Part shown: piece after piece, positions 35,192-43,906 of the stretch
How positions within the stretch are numbered: the first letter of the stretch is position 1
Layout of the letters: every line of letters starts with the position of its first letter
IMG/VR virus record: IMGVR_UViG_3300032082_001293
Strand: one strand, 5' to 3'
DNA: 64,000 nucleotides
DNA from: a virus
Position numbers and translations under genes: made by a program
Notes under the pieces: model-generated
Database searches by the model: none
Told to the model about the DNA's origin: nothing
The model's input: only the letters and a program-made list of their open reading frames with translations

Positions 35192-35261
35192 GTAATGATC
35201 TCATGAAATGTTATGTTTTGTCAACACTTTTTTTAGATTATTTTGGAATAAGGATATAACT
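35192..35261 (-). promoter_or_regulatory. early promoter with class A upstream motif
   Basis: GTTATATCCTTATTCCAAAAT...AAAAAAAGTG-TTGACA-N18-GATCAT. Confidence 0.8.
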
Positions 35262-35268
35262 AAAAGTT

Positions 35269-35347
35269 TGGTCGGGGTGGAGGGATTCGAACCCCCGAAA
35301 CCCCTCGCTCCCAAAGCGAGTGCTCTACCAGACTGAGCTACACCCCG
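35269..35347 (-). tRNA. tRNA-Pro (TGG)
   Basis: Cloverleaf CGGGGTG.../CACCCCG, anticodon arm CTCGC-TTTGGGA-GCGAG, TTCGAAT loop, encoded CCA. Confidence 0.95.
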
Positions 35348-35393
35348 AAAAACGAGAATTGTATATATAAACACAACTTACTCTCGTTTGAAA

Positions 35394-35543
35394 ATGGACT
35401 ACAAGAAAGAAATCTCAGAAAGATACAAACCAGCTGAAGGTCAGATATTTTACATTTACCGGACCTTCAGTGGTAAGGTGGTTGCCTTAAATTATAAGAC
35501 AACTGCAGCAGAACTGTTACAGACGATTAAGTGGGCCGCTTAA
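35394..35543 (+). CDS. possible small protein, 49 aa
   Basis: Manual ORF MDYKKEISERYKPAEG...; TATAAACA upstream. Confidence 0.4.
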   Translation: MDYKKEISERYKPAEGQIFYIYRTFSGKVVALNYKTTAAELLQTIKWAA

Positions 35544-35956
35544 TCTGCGTTCAGGTCGGTCAAAGGATTGCCCGGATGACCCTCAATCATTGGCGTCTCT
35601 AAACGAACTCCTTGAGTACGTCGAACAATATCGTCTGAATTAAATTCTGACCAATACAATTCGAATGCAACGCCATCGTTAACACCTACAAACTGATGCC
35701 ACTTGCCTGGAGGAACTTTATAGTAATCTCCAGCACGTAGAATAGTTTGGTCACACAAATGGGGTTGTTCGTCTGTCGGTTGGTCTGGCCATACTTTGAC
35801 CATTAACGTTCCGGACTCCACGAAAAAACCATTCCACTTAGTTTGATGATAATGTTCTGAACAACAAACATTTGCTTTGAACTCGATTCGATGGAACTCA
35901 AACGAAGGTGTATGTTCAACGAGTTCTGTAGTACCCCAAATTTTTCCTGACTTCAT
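35540..35956 (-). CDS. cupin-domain protein
   Basis: GKIWG, SEHYH..KWNGFFVESG, VPPG.WHQF. Confidence 0.8.
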   Translation of the reverse strand: MKSGKIWGTTELVEHTPSFEFHRIEFKANVCCSEHYHQTKWNGFFVESGTLMVKVWPDQPTDEQPHLCDQTILRAGDYYKVPPGKWHQFVGVNDGVAFELYWSEFNSDDIVRRTQGVRLETPMIEGHPGNPLTDLNAD

Positions 35957-36378
35957 TATAAACTCTCAATGTATTCTGATAACTGTTCTATATCTAGGTC
36001 ACTCAATAAACCTGCCTGACTCCACATCATAGATGACTGGCGACCAACACGCTCTCCATTCTTGTATGCGACCAGACGTTGTTTGATGTAGTCAGCAGTT
36101 TGACCCTGTAGTGCAGGACCAACACCACCCTCACCCTTCATACCATGACAAGCGATACAACCTGCATACTTTGCCTCGCCTGGCAATGCAACAACCTCTG
36201 CTACCTCAACTGCTTCACCAGCGATTACAACTCTGGGTTTAAACAAAGTGTAGTCAACCGTGGCTTTATCATTATCGTCTGGGCCCATCATGGGTGTAAC
36301 ACGAGTACCAAAAATTTTGTTAGGGTCACATCCACTAACCAAACTTAGCACCAGAATTAACGGAATCACTTTTAACAT
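35956..36378 (-). CDS. c-type cytochrome lipoprotein (c553/c4-like)
   Basis: Lipobox VSG-C, heme motif CIACHG, GPALQGQ, axial Met region SMMW. Confidence 0.9.
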   Translation of the reverse strand: MLKVIPLILVLSLVSGCDPNKIFGTRVTPMMGPDDNDKATVDYTLFKPRVVIAGEAVEVAEVVALPGEAKYAGCIACHGMKGEGGVGPALQGQTADYIKQRLVAYKNGERVGRQSSMMWSQAGLLSDLDIEQLSEYIESL

Positions 36379-36459
36379 TTTTTCTATGCCTCCAAATTAT
36401 AAAATGAAACGGGAACATTGTGATTAAATAAACCACGCTCAGATAAATTGCCCACTCAA

Positions 36460-37656
36460 TCACGCTAACTCCATTACTGCGTTAGAAATTGTACGAGCGA
36501 TTTCTCTAAACCACTCTGCGTCTTTCCCTCTAGTTGTTTCAGCAGCAGTACCGATACGAATACCACTAGTGAATTTTGGTGGTAGTGGGTCACCAGGCAC
36601 ACTGTTTTTGTTCACCACAATCTGGTGGTCCTGCTCTAACCTGTCAGCAAGTTTAGACCCCATCACCTGATATTCTTTCAAGTCAAGCAGAATGATGTGA
36701 CTATCTGTACCATCCGTCACCACATACATTCCTTGTCGCCTAAACTCGTCTGCCATTTCCCATGCGTTGTCTACCACGTTCTTTGCATACTCTCGAAACT
36801 CTGGTTGCCGTGCTTCGTAGAATGCCTGAACCTTTGCAGCAACCTGATTCATCAACGGGCCACCTTGTGTGCCAGGAAATAAAGCTCCATTGATTTTCTT
36901 GGTATACTTATCGTCCTGCCACATGATAACTCCGCCACGGGGTCCACGTAACGTCTTGTGGGTCGTTGAAGTGATAACATCGGCATAACCAAAGGGTGAA
37001 GGGTAAACGCCTCCAGCAATCAATCCTGAGTAATGTGCGATGTCTGCAAGCAGGATAGCACCTTCACGTTTTGCGATAAAGTTAAAGAATTCCCAGTTGA
37101 TTCTTCTTGGATATGCCGAGGCACCAGCGATAATCATCTTAGGTTCGTGTTTCGCAGCAAGCATATCCACTTGGTCTTCATCAATCCAACCTTGTGAGTC
37201 TACACCATACTGAATGATGTTGAATAGTTTGCCTGAGATGTTGACCTTGTGTCCGTGAGACAGATGTCCACCATCGCCAAGACTGAGTGAGAGGATGGTA
37301 TCTCCTGGCTTCAGAAGACCCATCATCACTGCAAGATTGGCATTGGCACCCGAGTGTGGTTGAACATTGCATAAGAAATCTTCATCAAAACATCTCTGAA
37401 GTTCTCGCATTGCAAGATACTCAATATCGTCGTACCATTCACACCCGTTGTAGTATCGTTCGCCCGGATACCCTTCGGCATACTTGTTAGTCAGAATAGA
37501 ACCAGACAACTCACGCACCTTTTCACTAGCAAAATTCTCACTAGCAATCAGTTGTGCATAATCTTCTTGTCTTGCCGCCTCTTTCTTCATGTAATTAACA
37601 AGAGTCGGGTTCATGCCAAGTTTCTTCATGCTACCTCTTTTACTGCACTTTGACAA
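36460..37656 (-). CDS. glyA: serine hydroxymethyltransferase
   Basis: LIASEN, NKYAEGYPG, VQPHSG, GGHLSHG, TTHKTLRGPRGG, FPGTQGGP. Confidence 0.97.
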   Translation of the reverse strand: MSKCSKRGSMKKLGMNPTLVNYMKKEAARQEDYAQLIASENFASEKVRELSGSILTNKYAEGYPGERYYNGCEWYDDIEYLAMRELQRCFDEDFLCNVQPHSGANANLAVMMGLLKPGDTILSLSLGDGGHLSHGHKVNISGKLFNIIQYGVDSQGWIDEDQVDMLAAKHEPKMIIAGASAYPRRINWEFFNFIAKREGAILLADIAHYSGLIAGGVYPSPFGYADVITSTTHKTLRGPRGGVIMWQDDKYTKKINGALFPGTQGGPLMNQVAAKVQAFYEARQPEFREYAKNVVDNAWEMADEFRRQGMYVVTDGTDSHIILLDLKEYQVMGSKLADRLEQDHQIVVNKNSVPGDPLPPKFTSGIRIGTAAETTRGKDAEWFREIARTISNAVMELA

Positions 37657-38174
37657 TATGCCAAAAGATTTTCTGGCGTAGAAACCTCATAAGGGTCATC
37701 ATCAGCATTATCTCGTTGACTCGCTTCAGGGAAAATTGCTTCCACCACACCATCATTTACAACCATCGCATATCGCCATGAACGTTGACCAAACCCGAGA
37801 TTATCTTTACTCACTAGAGCTCCAACACCCTGAGTAAATAAACCGGAACCATCTGGAATTACTTTGACGTTCTCTAATTTTTGGTCTTTAGCCCAAGCAT
37901 TCATCACGAAGGAATCGTTTACCGACATACAATAGATTTCATCGATACCCGTCTTTTGGAATTCACCAAAGTTGTTTTCGTATCCAGGCAACTGATACGT
38001 AGAACATGTTGGTGTAAACGCTCCGGGCAAACTAAACAACAACACCCTCTTACCAGAGAAATAATCGGCAGTTGTTTTATCTTCCCATCGATATGGGTTA
38101 GGTCCTTCAATTGATTCGTCTCTTACACGAGTACGAAAAGTTACATCGGGTAGAGATTGTCCTTTTTTAATCAT
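37626..38174 (-). CDS. peroxiredoxin (Prx5/Redoxin family)
   Basis: LPGAFTPTCS, SVNDSFVM.AW, RSWRY. Confidence 0.95.
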   Translation of the reverse strand: MIKKGQSLPDVTFRTRVRDESIEGPNPYRWEDKTTADYFSGKRVLLFSLPGAFTPTCSTYQLPGYENNFGEFQKTGIDEIYCMSVNDSFVMNAWAKDQKLENVKVIPDGSGLFTQGVGALVSKDNLGFGQRSWRYAMVVNDGVVEAIFPEASQRDNADDDPYEVSTPENLLAYCQSAVKEVA

Positions 38175-38247
38175 AGGTTTTTCCTTCTATAAAATGAAAT
38201 AAATTCTGGCCATCGAAACATTCCTTCACGAATACGACAATAAAATA

Positions 38248-38266
38248 ACCCGTCATAAGGCGGGTC
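38248..38266 (-). terminator. possible terminator
   Basis: ACCCG-N8-CGGGT followed by TATTTTATT on minus strand. Confidence 0.45.
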
Positions 38267-38282
38267 TAACTTTACTGGTATA

Positions 38283-38528
38283 TCAAGTTCGGTCTGAACC
38301 ATATCTATAATCCCTCTTGTCTATGAAACTTCTTAAAATATATTTTCTAATTACAGCGAGAACAAATAAAACTGCCGTAATAAAAAAGGTCATTTCTGCG
38401 GCAGTCATACCTAAACGCAAACCCAAACTTATTAGAACAAAGTTGATAAAAAGATTTAAAGGGGTTGCAGCTATGGTATCGACTACAGCGAATTTTAGAT
38501 TTGTTTTATCTAAACTCATCATCATCAA
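38283..38528 (-). CDS. small membrane protein
   Basis: Two hydrophobic helices. Confidence 0.6.
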   Translation of the reverse strand: MMMMSLDKTNLKFAVVDTIAATPLNLFINFVLISLGLRLGMTAAEMTFFITAVLFVLAVIRKYILRSFIDKRDYRYGSDRT

Positions 38529-38715
38529 ATTCTAAATCCAAAGAAAAGGTCGTTGTATCTAGGTCATAACCTTCTGTTACATTATATGACATTTCTTTGG
38601 TCATTTCAAGGTCTCGAACAAATTCATCAATGAACCTTCTCTTCGCTCTTGTATAAGAAGCGAGTTCATCAAGTTTCTTCTGACGATAATCACAGAGACT
38701 AATCACATTACTCAT
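38506..38715 (-). CDS. hypothetical protein
   Basis: MSNVISL..YR.KK start common in phage small proteins. Confidence 0.6.
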   Translation of the reverse strand: MSNVISLCDYRQKKLDELASYTRAKRRFIDEFVRDLEMTKEMSYNVTEGYDLDTTTFSLDLEFDDDEFR

Positions 38716-38730
38716 AATATAAAATACCTT

Positions 38731-38919
38731 TTATTTTGAATGAGGGGGTTTTTTTACTTCGACAAACCACTCGTGTTTACGAGACTTAGGATTATACTTC
38801 TTCATCCTAAATTTTTCGGGGTGCTTACGTTTCTTGTAAACGGTGTAGTGGTAATCGTGCGATTCCCTTGTTTGTCCTTCGGGAATCAGATATACCACAT
38901 CGAGGTCTTTTCTAGCCAT
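38731..38919 (-). CDS. rpmG: ribosomal protein bL33 homolog (divergent)
   Basis: Y.Y...K.RKHPEK...KKYNP..RKH.WF.E.K matches the bL33 pattern. Confidence 0.75.
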   Translation of the reverse strand: MARKDLDVVYLIPEGQTRESHDYHYTVYKKRKHPEKFRMKKYNPKSRKHEWFVEVKKPPHSK

Positions 38920-39080
38920 TACTTAGGGTCTCCAGCTGGGGCTCTTACCAAAGAAAAAAGATGATTCTGAACTTCATGCCATTCTTCACGTTTATACGTA
39001 ATTAGTGTACCATCTGGTTCAATTAATTCAAAATCACCATCCCAATTACACTTCAATTCGATTGTCGTATTCGCCGACAT
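38919..39080 (-). CDS. hypothetical protein, 53 aa
   Basis: Manual ORF MSANTTIELKCNWDGDF... Confidence 0.55.
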   Translation of the reverse strand: MSANTTIELKCNWDGDFELIEPDGTLITYKREEWHEVQNHLFSLVRAPAGDPK

Positions 39081-39090
39081 TATATTAGAT

Positions 39091-39558
39091 TCAGACAAGG
39101 CCAGCTTTCTCCAGTGTCATATCAACGATGCCTTCTTCAATAAGTCGGCGACGATTAATCATATGTTGTGCTTGAACTTCTTCTTTACTACCACCAAAGT
39201 AAGGTACGCAATGGCCCTCATCAATCATGACTTCGGTAACTGGACGCCATGAATCTTTGTTGAAATCGTAAACAGTAAAGTCACCTAAGATTCGACCGAA
39301 CTTACCTTTCATATCTTCGCCGTTTTTCGCAACTTGTGTTTTGAGAACACACTCTTTACCAAGTAACTCTTTTAGTCGTTTCTTTGCGGCAAGACCGAAC
39401 GCCTTTTCAACTTTATCTCTTGTACGAGATTCTGGTGTATCGATTCCCATGATACGTACACGTTCATCTTTTAACCAGATTCCGAAACCCAAGTCAATGT
39501 CAACATCTACAGTGTCGCCATCAACAACTTTAACCAGTTTACATCTATACTCGTGCAT
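39091..39558 (-). CDS. thermonuclease (SNase-like)
   Basis: KVVDGDT, RVRI.GIDTPE, GKFGRILG. Confidence 0.9.
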   Translation of the reverse strand: MHEYRCKLVKVVDGDTVDVDIDLGFGIWLKDERVRIMGIDTPESRTRDKVEKAFGLAAKKRLKELLGKECVLKTQVAKNGEDMKGKFGRILGDFTVYDFNKDSWRPVTEVMIDEGHCVPYFGGSKEEVQAQHMINRRRLIEEGIVDMTLEKAGLV

Positions 39559-39924
39559 TTAATGTTCACCTCTATTGTTAGTTAATTTGTTCCAATCATC
39601 AGGAGTAACATTATCTATACTATGATGTCCAGGCGCAGGTTTGATAGCTTGTGTATATTCTTGGTCATGAATGAACAATTGAATCAGTGTATAATGTAAG
39701 ACTTTCACCAAGTCTTTTCGCCATTCAGTTGGTGTCTCACCTTTCTTCCCATATCGTTTCAGATACTTTTTAGCATTACCAATACAAAATCCTGTACCGT
39801 GACCATCATCAATAATGTCCTCAGTCGCTTGAATCTTGCCGCCAGCATAATGTTGGTCGTATGTTTGATCGACATACGCTTTCAACTCTTCAATGAGTTT
39901 GTCTTCATTAAATTTGTAATTCAC
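39559..39924 (-). CDS. DUF3310-like protein
   Basis: YDQHY, GFC.GN..KY..RYGKK, DL.K.LHY. Confidence 0.75.
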   Translation of the reverse strand: MNYKFNEDKLIEELKAYVDQTYDQHYAGGKIQATEDIIDDGHGTGFCIGNAKKYLKRYGKKGETPTEWRKDLVKVLHYTLIQLFIHDQEYTQAIKPAPGHHSIDNVTPDDWNKLTNNRGEH

Positions 39925-40327
39925 TAACTCTTCTCCTCAAATCACTTGTAGAAAACCTATGGTCTCTTTTATTAAAGTAAACTTCAATTCCTCTTGAAGC
40001 ACATATATCACGGCCGGTGAAATTAGAGTCTTTATACTCTTCACCTATTATTCTAACATCTATGTTTACCATTTGCAAGATGTCTTCTAAATCAGTTTCA
40101 CTTTGATATGGTATAATTTCATCCACATACTTAACACCAACCAGCTGTGTATATCTCTCCACCAAAGTTTGAACTGGTGAATTTTTTTCAGAACGGTCAA
40201 GTGAAGGGTCAACCTGTAAACCACAAATCAAATAATCACATTGTTCTTTCGCTTCACGCAACATCGTAATATGACCAGCGTGAAGCAAGTCAAACGTACT
40301 GGCTGTAAACCCTACTACCTTTCCCAT
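39908..40327 (-). CDS. glycerol-3-phosphate cytidylyltransferase-like (TagD family)
   Basis: FTASTFDLLHAGH, GEEY, FSTS.LR. Confidence 0.88.
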   Translation of the reverse strand: MGKVVGFTASTFDLLHAGHITMLREAKEQCDYLICGLQVDPSLDRSEKNSPVQTLVERYTQLVGVKYVDEIIPYQSETDLEDILQMVNIDVRIIGEEYKDSNFTGRDICASRGIEVYFNKRDHRFSTSDLRRRVSELQI

Positions 40328-40956
40328 CGATAAAACTCATGTTGTCCAATTGTACCCGTGTATTCCATACCACGGTCTTTAACCCACTTAGGTCTAACTT
40401 GTAGTGAATGATAATGGGTAGCACCCTCAGTTATTCCTCGCCAGTTACCTTTGTCGAAAACTTCTTCTGCCATCATATATGATTCTGCCCAAGCATCGGG
40501 GTCGCCAGGTTCGTCACTTACACCATCACAGAACCACGAGAACTGACACATGTGACGTTTAGGAACCATGTTACCTTTCCAGTTCTCAACCCAAACAGTT
40601 TGCTTTACAACTTCACATACCGTGTTAGGATAGTATGAATCCTCAACACGATTCATTACAACATCCGCGACAGCAGACTGTCCAGCAAAACTGTCGCCGC
40701 GAGACTCATGATAAATATTGAGAGCAAGGCAGTAACGTTCGTCTCTAAGGTACTCCTCTTCAACTGTTGGTCCAGTTGCTGTGACAACAACTTCCTCTTC
40801 AGTAATAATCTCTGTCTCTTCGACAGTTGCGACTTGTGATTGTTGAAAATTTTGTTTCGCATCAGAAACCACCCAATCAACGAAAAAGTACAAAACAAAA
40901 AACCAAAAAACTCCGAAACAAGCGAAGGCTAGTTTCCATGTTATCGATTTTTTCAT
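40315..40956 (-). CDS. cell wall hydrolase (SleB/Hydrolase_2)
   Basis: CLALNIYHESRG, VMNRV, CQFSW, GATHYH, IGQH.FY. Confidence 0.9.
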   Translation of the reverse strand: MKKSITWKLAFACFGVFWFFVLYFFVDWVVSDAKQNFQQSQVATVEETEIITEEEVVVTATGPTVEEEYLRDERYCLALNIYHESRGDSFAGQSAVADVVMNRVEDSYYPNTVCEVVKQTVWVENWKGNMVPKRHMCQFSWFCDGVSDEPGDPDAWAESYMMAEEVFDKGNWRGITEGATHYHSLQVRPKWVKDRGMEYTGTIGQHEFYRWER

Positions 40957-41189
40957 TAGACTATTTTCCTTTTCTTTCCTTCTATGTCTGTTGCTGTTAT
41001 AGTATAAGAAGAAGTTTCATCAACGAATTCCGCAGTAAGTGTTTCTCCATCTCGACAAAAAGAGTTTGCCATGAATTGCCAATGACTTTCAAACGCTTTC
41101 TTAGCTCCAATCGTGCGACCCCACCAATGAGCCGCCGTCATCCACACTAAGAACATCAAAGTTAATTCTGTCGGTGATAAATTGACCAT
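40956..41189 (-). CDS. small membrane protein
   Basis: N-terminal hydrophobic helix. Confidence 0.55.
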   Translation of the reverse strand: MVNLSPTELTLMFLVWMTAAHWWGRTIGAKKAFESHWQFMANSFCRDGETLTAEFVDETSSYTITATDIEGKKRKIV

Positions 41190-41203
41190 TTACCCTCTCC
41201 TTA

Positions 41204-42586
41204 CTATTGAATACGTAAACCTTTCAACCGTTGACCAACATTTGAATTATCAAACACTGGACCATCATCAACCGTGTCATCTGTCAAATTTTGTTCAGAC
41301 TGTTCTACATCATACAACTTCATTTTACTTCTGTCAACCCCTATCACAAATCTTTTGTTTTGATTAGGGTCATTGTATCGGTTTTTAAGTTGTTTCACCA
41401 TAATCTGATTTAGACTTTCCATCTCTTCACTGGTAACAAGAGCGAACATTAAATCAGCAGTAGCAGGTAGACCAAAAGATTCAGAGGTATCCTCAAGGCC
41501 TGGGTCAGAGTTTGCATAACCGGAACGAGTCGTTTGTGTTGCAGATAAAATAGGTACATCAAATTCTACTGCAAGTCCACGAATCTCTTCAGCAATTGAT
41601 TTGATATATGAGTAAGAATTAATTGCACCCCCCATGCCCTTCATTCTAGATGACGCACATATATTTAGATAATCTATGAATACAATCTCAGGTTTAAACG
41701 ATTTCTTTAATCGAAGTTCGTTCATTAGGGCACGAAAGTGACCCGTGTGAGCCTGACCAGTTGGGTACTCCTTGATAATCAATTTACCTTCGGTTTTTTC
41801 TCGTATCGCCGAAACCCTATCCAAGAACATTGGTTTTGATAAATGGTCAAGTTGGTCAATAGGAACATTCAACAGATTCGCATCAATTCTTTCTGCGATT
41901 CGTTCCTCCGCCATCTCCATCGTAATATACAAAACATTGCGTCCTAGAGAAAGGCAGTTGGCGGCGCAATGACACATAAAAAGACTTTTACCCACGCCTG
42001 TACCAGCCAGTGCGATGTTCAGAGTCTTATTGGGGAGTCCACCTTTAGTGATTTCATTAAAGTATTCCAAGTCGAACGGAATTCTCTCCTCCTGCTCATG
42101 ATAAAAGTCGTATCGCTCTTCTACATTTTCTAGATAGTCATGTCCTACATTAGTGTCAAAGCAAACCGCCAGTGCCTTTTGTAACACATCAGGAATTGCA
42201 TTTTTAGTCAACTTCTGATGTTTGCCATCAATAATCTGAATCGATTCCATGATAGCATTATATACCGCTCGGTCTTGACACCATTTCTCGGTGGTCTCTA
42301 ACAACCACTCTTCATCTTCATCTTTGGGTGTGAAGATATCAGGAAGGATATCAAGAGCGTGCGTATACATTTCTTCGTTCATCGTCGTAACTTCATCAAG
42401 TTCGATTTTGAACGCTTCGAGTGTGGGTAGCTTGTTGTACTTGGTTACAAACTTGGTAACTTGGTCGAACAACTCACGATATACACCCTCGAAATATTTT
42501 TTCTGAACGAAGGGTAAAACCTTCCGCATAAAATTTTCTTGGGTAAGAATGTTACGTAGAATAGTTTTTTCTAATTCTATATTCAT
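41204..42586 (-). CDS. gp41: replicative DNA helicase (T4 gp41)
   Basis: AGTGVGKS, YITMEMAEE, IDYLNI, SATQTTR, SESFGLPATAD. Confidence 0.97.
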   Translation of the reverse strand: MNIELEKTILRNILTQENFMRKVLPFVQKKYFEGVYRELFDQVTKFVTKYNKLPTLEAFKIELDEVTTMNEEMYTHALDILPDIFTPKDEDEEWLLETTEKWCQDRAVYNAIMESIQIIDGKHQKLTKNAIPDVLQKALAVCFDTNVGHDYLENVEERYDFYHEQEERIPFDLEYFNEITKGGLPNKTLNIALAGTGVGKSLFMCHCAANCLSLGRNVLYITMEMAEERIAERIDANLLNVPIDQLDHLSKPMFLDRVSAIREKTEGKLIIKEYPTGQAHTGHFRALMNELRLKKSFKPEIVFIDYLNICASSRMKGMGGAINSYSYIKSIAEEIRGLAVEFDVPILSATQTTRSGYANSDPGLEDTSESFGLPATADLMFALVTSEEMESLNQIMVKQLKNRYNDPNQNKRFVIGVDRSKMKLYDVEQSEQNLTDDTVDDGPVFDNSNVGQRLKGLRIQ

Positions 42587-42879
42587 TTTGCCTCAAGGTC
42601 TTTAAATTTTACATATCCATTTTCAACACCAACACGAAGAATATCTTGTAAAACTTCTGTAGCTTGATTTTCAAGCATCTGGTCGTTTTCTTCTACGTCT
42701 GGGTCTGGAGAGTAAATTATTTTATAATCAAACGTTAATCGTTTTTGGTTGCCATCAAATTTAACAACACCGTAACGAATAACTGTTTCAGGATATTCAC
42801 CAGTTAGAAATCTAACATCCCAACCATCTCCCATTTCAACTGGTGTTGGTATGAGTTGGTAGTCAATGTTTTCTTTCAT
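42583..42879 (-). CDS. conserved protein in the T4 gp40 position
   Basis: Syntenic between uvsX and 41. Confidence 0.45.
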   Translation of the reverse strand: MKENIDYQLIPTPVEMGDGWDVRFLTGEYPETVIRYGVVKFDGNQKRLTFDYKIIYSPDPDVEENDQMLENQATEVLQDILRVGVENGYVKFKDLEAK

Positions 42880-43901
42880 TCTTCTTCCAATTCAAGTTCT
42901 AGTGAAGTTCCATTATGACCTATTTTATACATCTTTTCAACATATTCCGTAAATGATTGGTTCTGAAGAATGTCAAGCCAGAAACTACCATCAAGTTCTG
43001 ATGCTCGATATTTTTTATCTTGTCCTTCTTTTTGATACCATCCGTTAGATGGTTTAGTAACATGACCGGAAGCCAAAGCAACATCGAGCAAACCACTGTA
43101 CTTGTCAATACCACCTTCCCACGAAACCGAGACAGGAATCTTAGACTTCTCTTTTACGTATCGAGACTTCTCTACGTTAATGATAAAATCATATCCGGTG
43201 ATTTCAGTTCCAGTCTTGTTCTGTCGGCGTCCAAGAATCCAGATGTTATCAGCGGAGTAGTAAATACCTGTACCACCACCTACGATATCTTTCGGGAAGA
43301 GACCAATTTCTTTGTACGTATGATTGACTGCCAGCAAAGGGACATTCTTCATTGTCAAATAGGGTGTGGTCATACGAAACAAGCCTTTCAGTGCCTTAGC
43401 TCGTGACATATCGGCAACTGACTTTTCGTCTAGTGCATCTTCGAGTTCTTTCTTAGATGCAAGGTTACCGATTGAATCGATGACCACAATGACCTTATCA
43501 CCGTTCTCAATGTTGTCAAGTTGATTGATAAGGTCAAACTTTAATTCTTCAACGTTTGTGATAGGAATATGCAAAACCCTAGAAGTGTCAATCTCAAACA
43601 CATCAAAGTACGATTGGGGTGAACCAAACTCTGAATCATAGAACAACATCACAGCTTCAGGGTCCGCTTTTAAATATGCAGAGGCAATCTTCAAGGCGAA
43701 AGATGTCTTGAAGTGTTTGGACGGACCAGCAAGAACGGTCAGACCGGGCGCAAGACCACCATCAAGAGAACCCGACAAAGCTGCGTTCAGCATAGGAACA
43801 TCTGTTCGTACCATTTCTTTCTTAGTGAAAAACTCAGACTTTTCCAACACTTCAGTGTGCTTGAGTTTGCTGTTCTTCTTCAGTTTATTTAATAGTGACA
43901 T
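42876..43901 (-). CDS. uvsX: RecA-like recombinase
   Basis: AGPSKHFKT, YDSEFG, IDSIGNL, NHTY, GGTGIYYSAD. Confidence 0.97.
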   Translation of the reverse strand: MSLLNKLKKNSKLKHTEVLEKSEFFTKKEMVRTDVPMLNAALSGSLDGGLAPGLTVLAGPSKHFKTSFALKIASAYLKADPEAVMLFYDSEFGSPQSYFDVFEIDTSRVLHIPITNVEELKFDLINQLDNIENGDKVIVVIDSIGNLASKKELEDALDEKSVADMSRAKALKGLFRMTTPYLTMKNVPLLAVNHTYKEIGLFPKDIVGGGTGIYYSADNIWILGRRQNKTGTEITGYDFIINVEKSRYVKEKSKIPVSVSWEGGIDKYSGLLDVALASGHVTKPSNGWYQKEGQDKKYRASELDGSFWLDILQNQSFTEYVEKMYKIGHNGTSLELELEEE

Positions 43902-43906
43902 ATATT

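Noticed and set aside
36399-38199. Shared TTTCATTTTATA upstream of the cytochrome and peroxiredoxin genes
   Set aside because: Two copies of a 12-nt AT-rich string could be chance; no structure supports it
35540-38919. Host DNA contamination explaining glyA, prx, cytochrome c and rpmG
   Set aside because: Genes are interleaved with phage-type ORFs on the same strand with tight coupling, and no bacterial operon context is present
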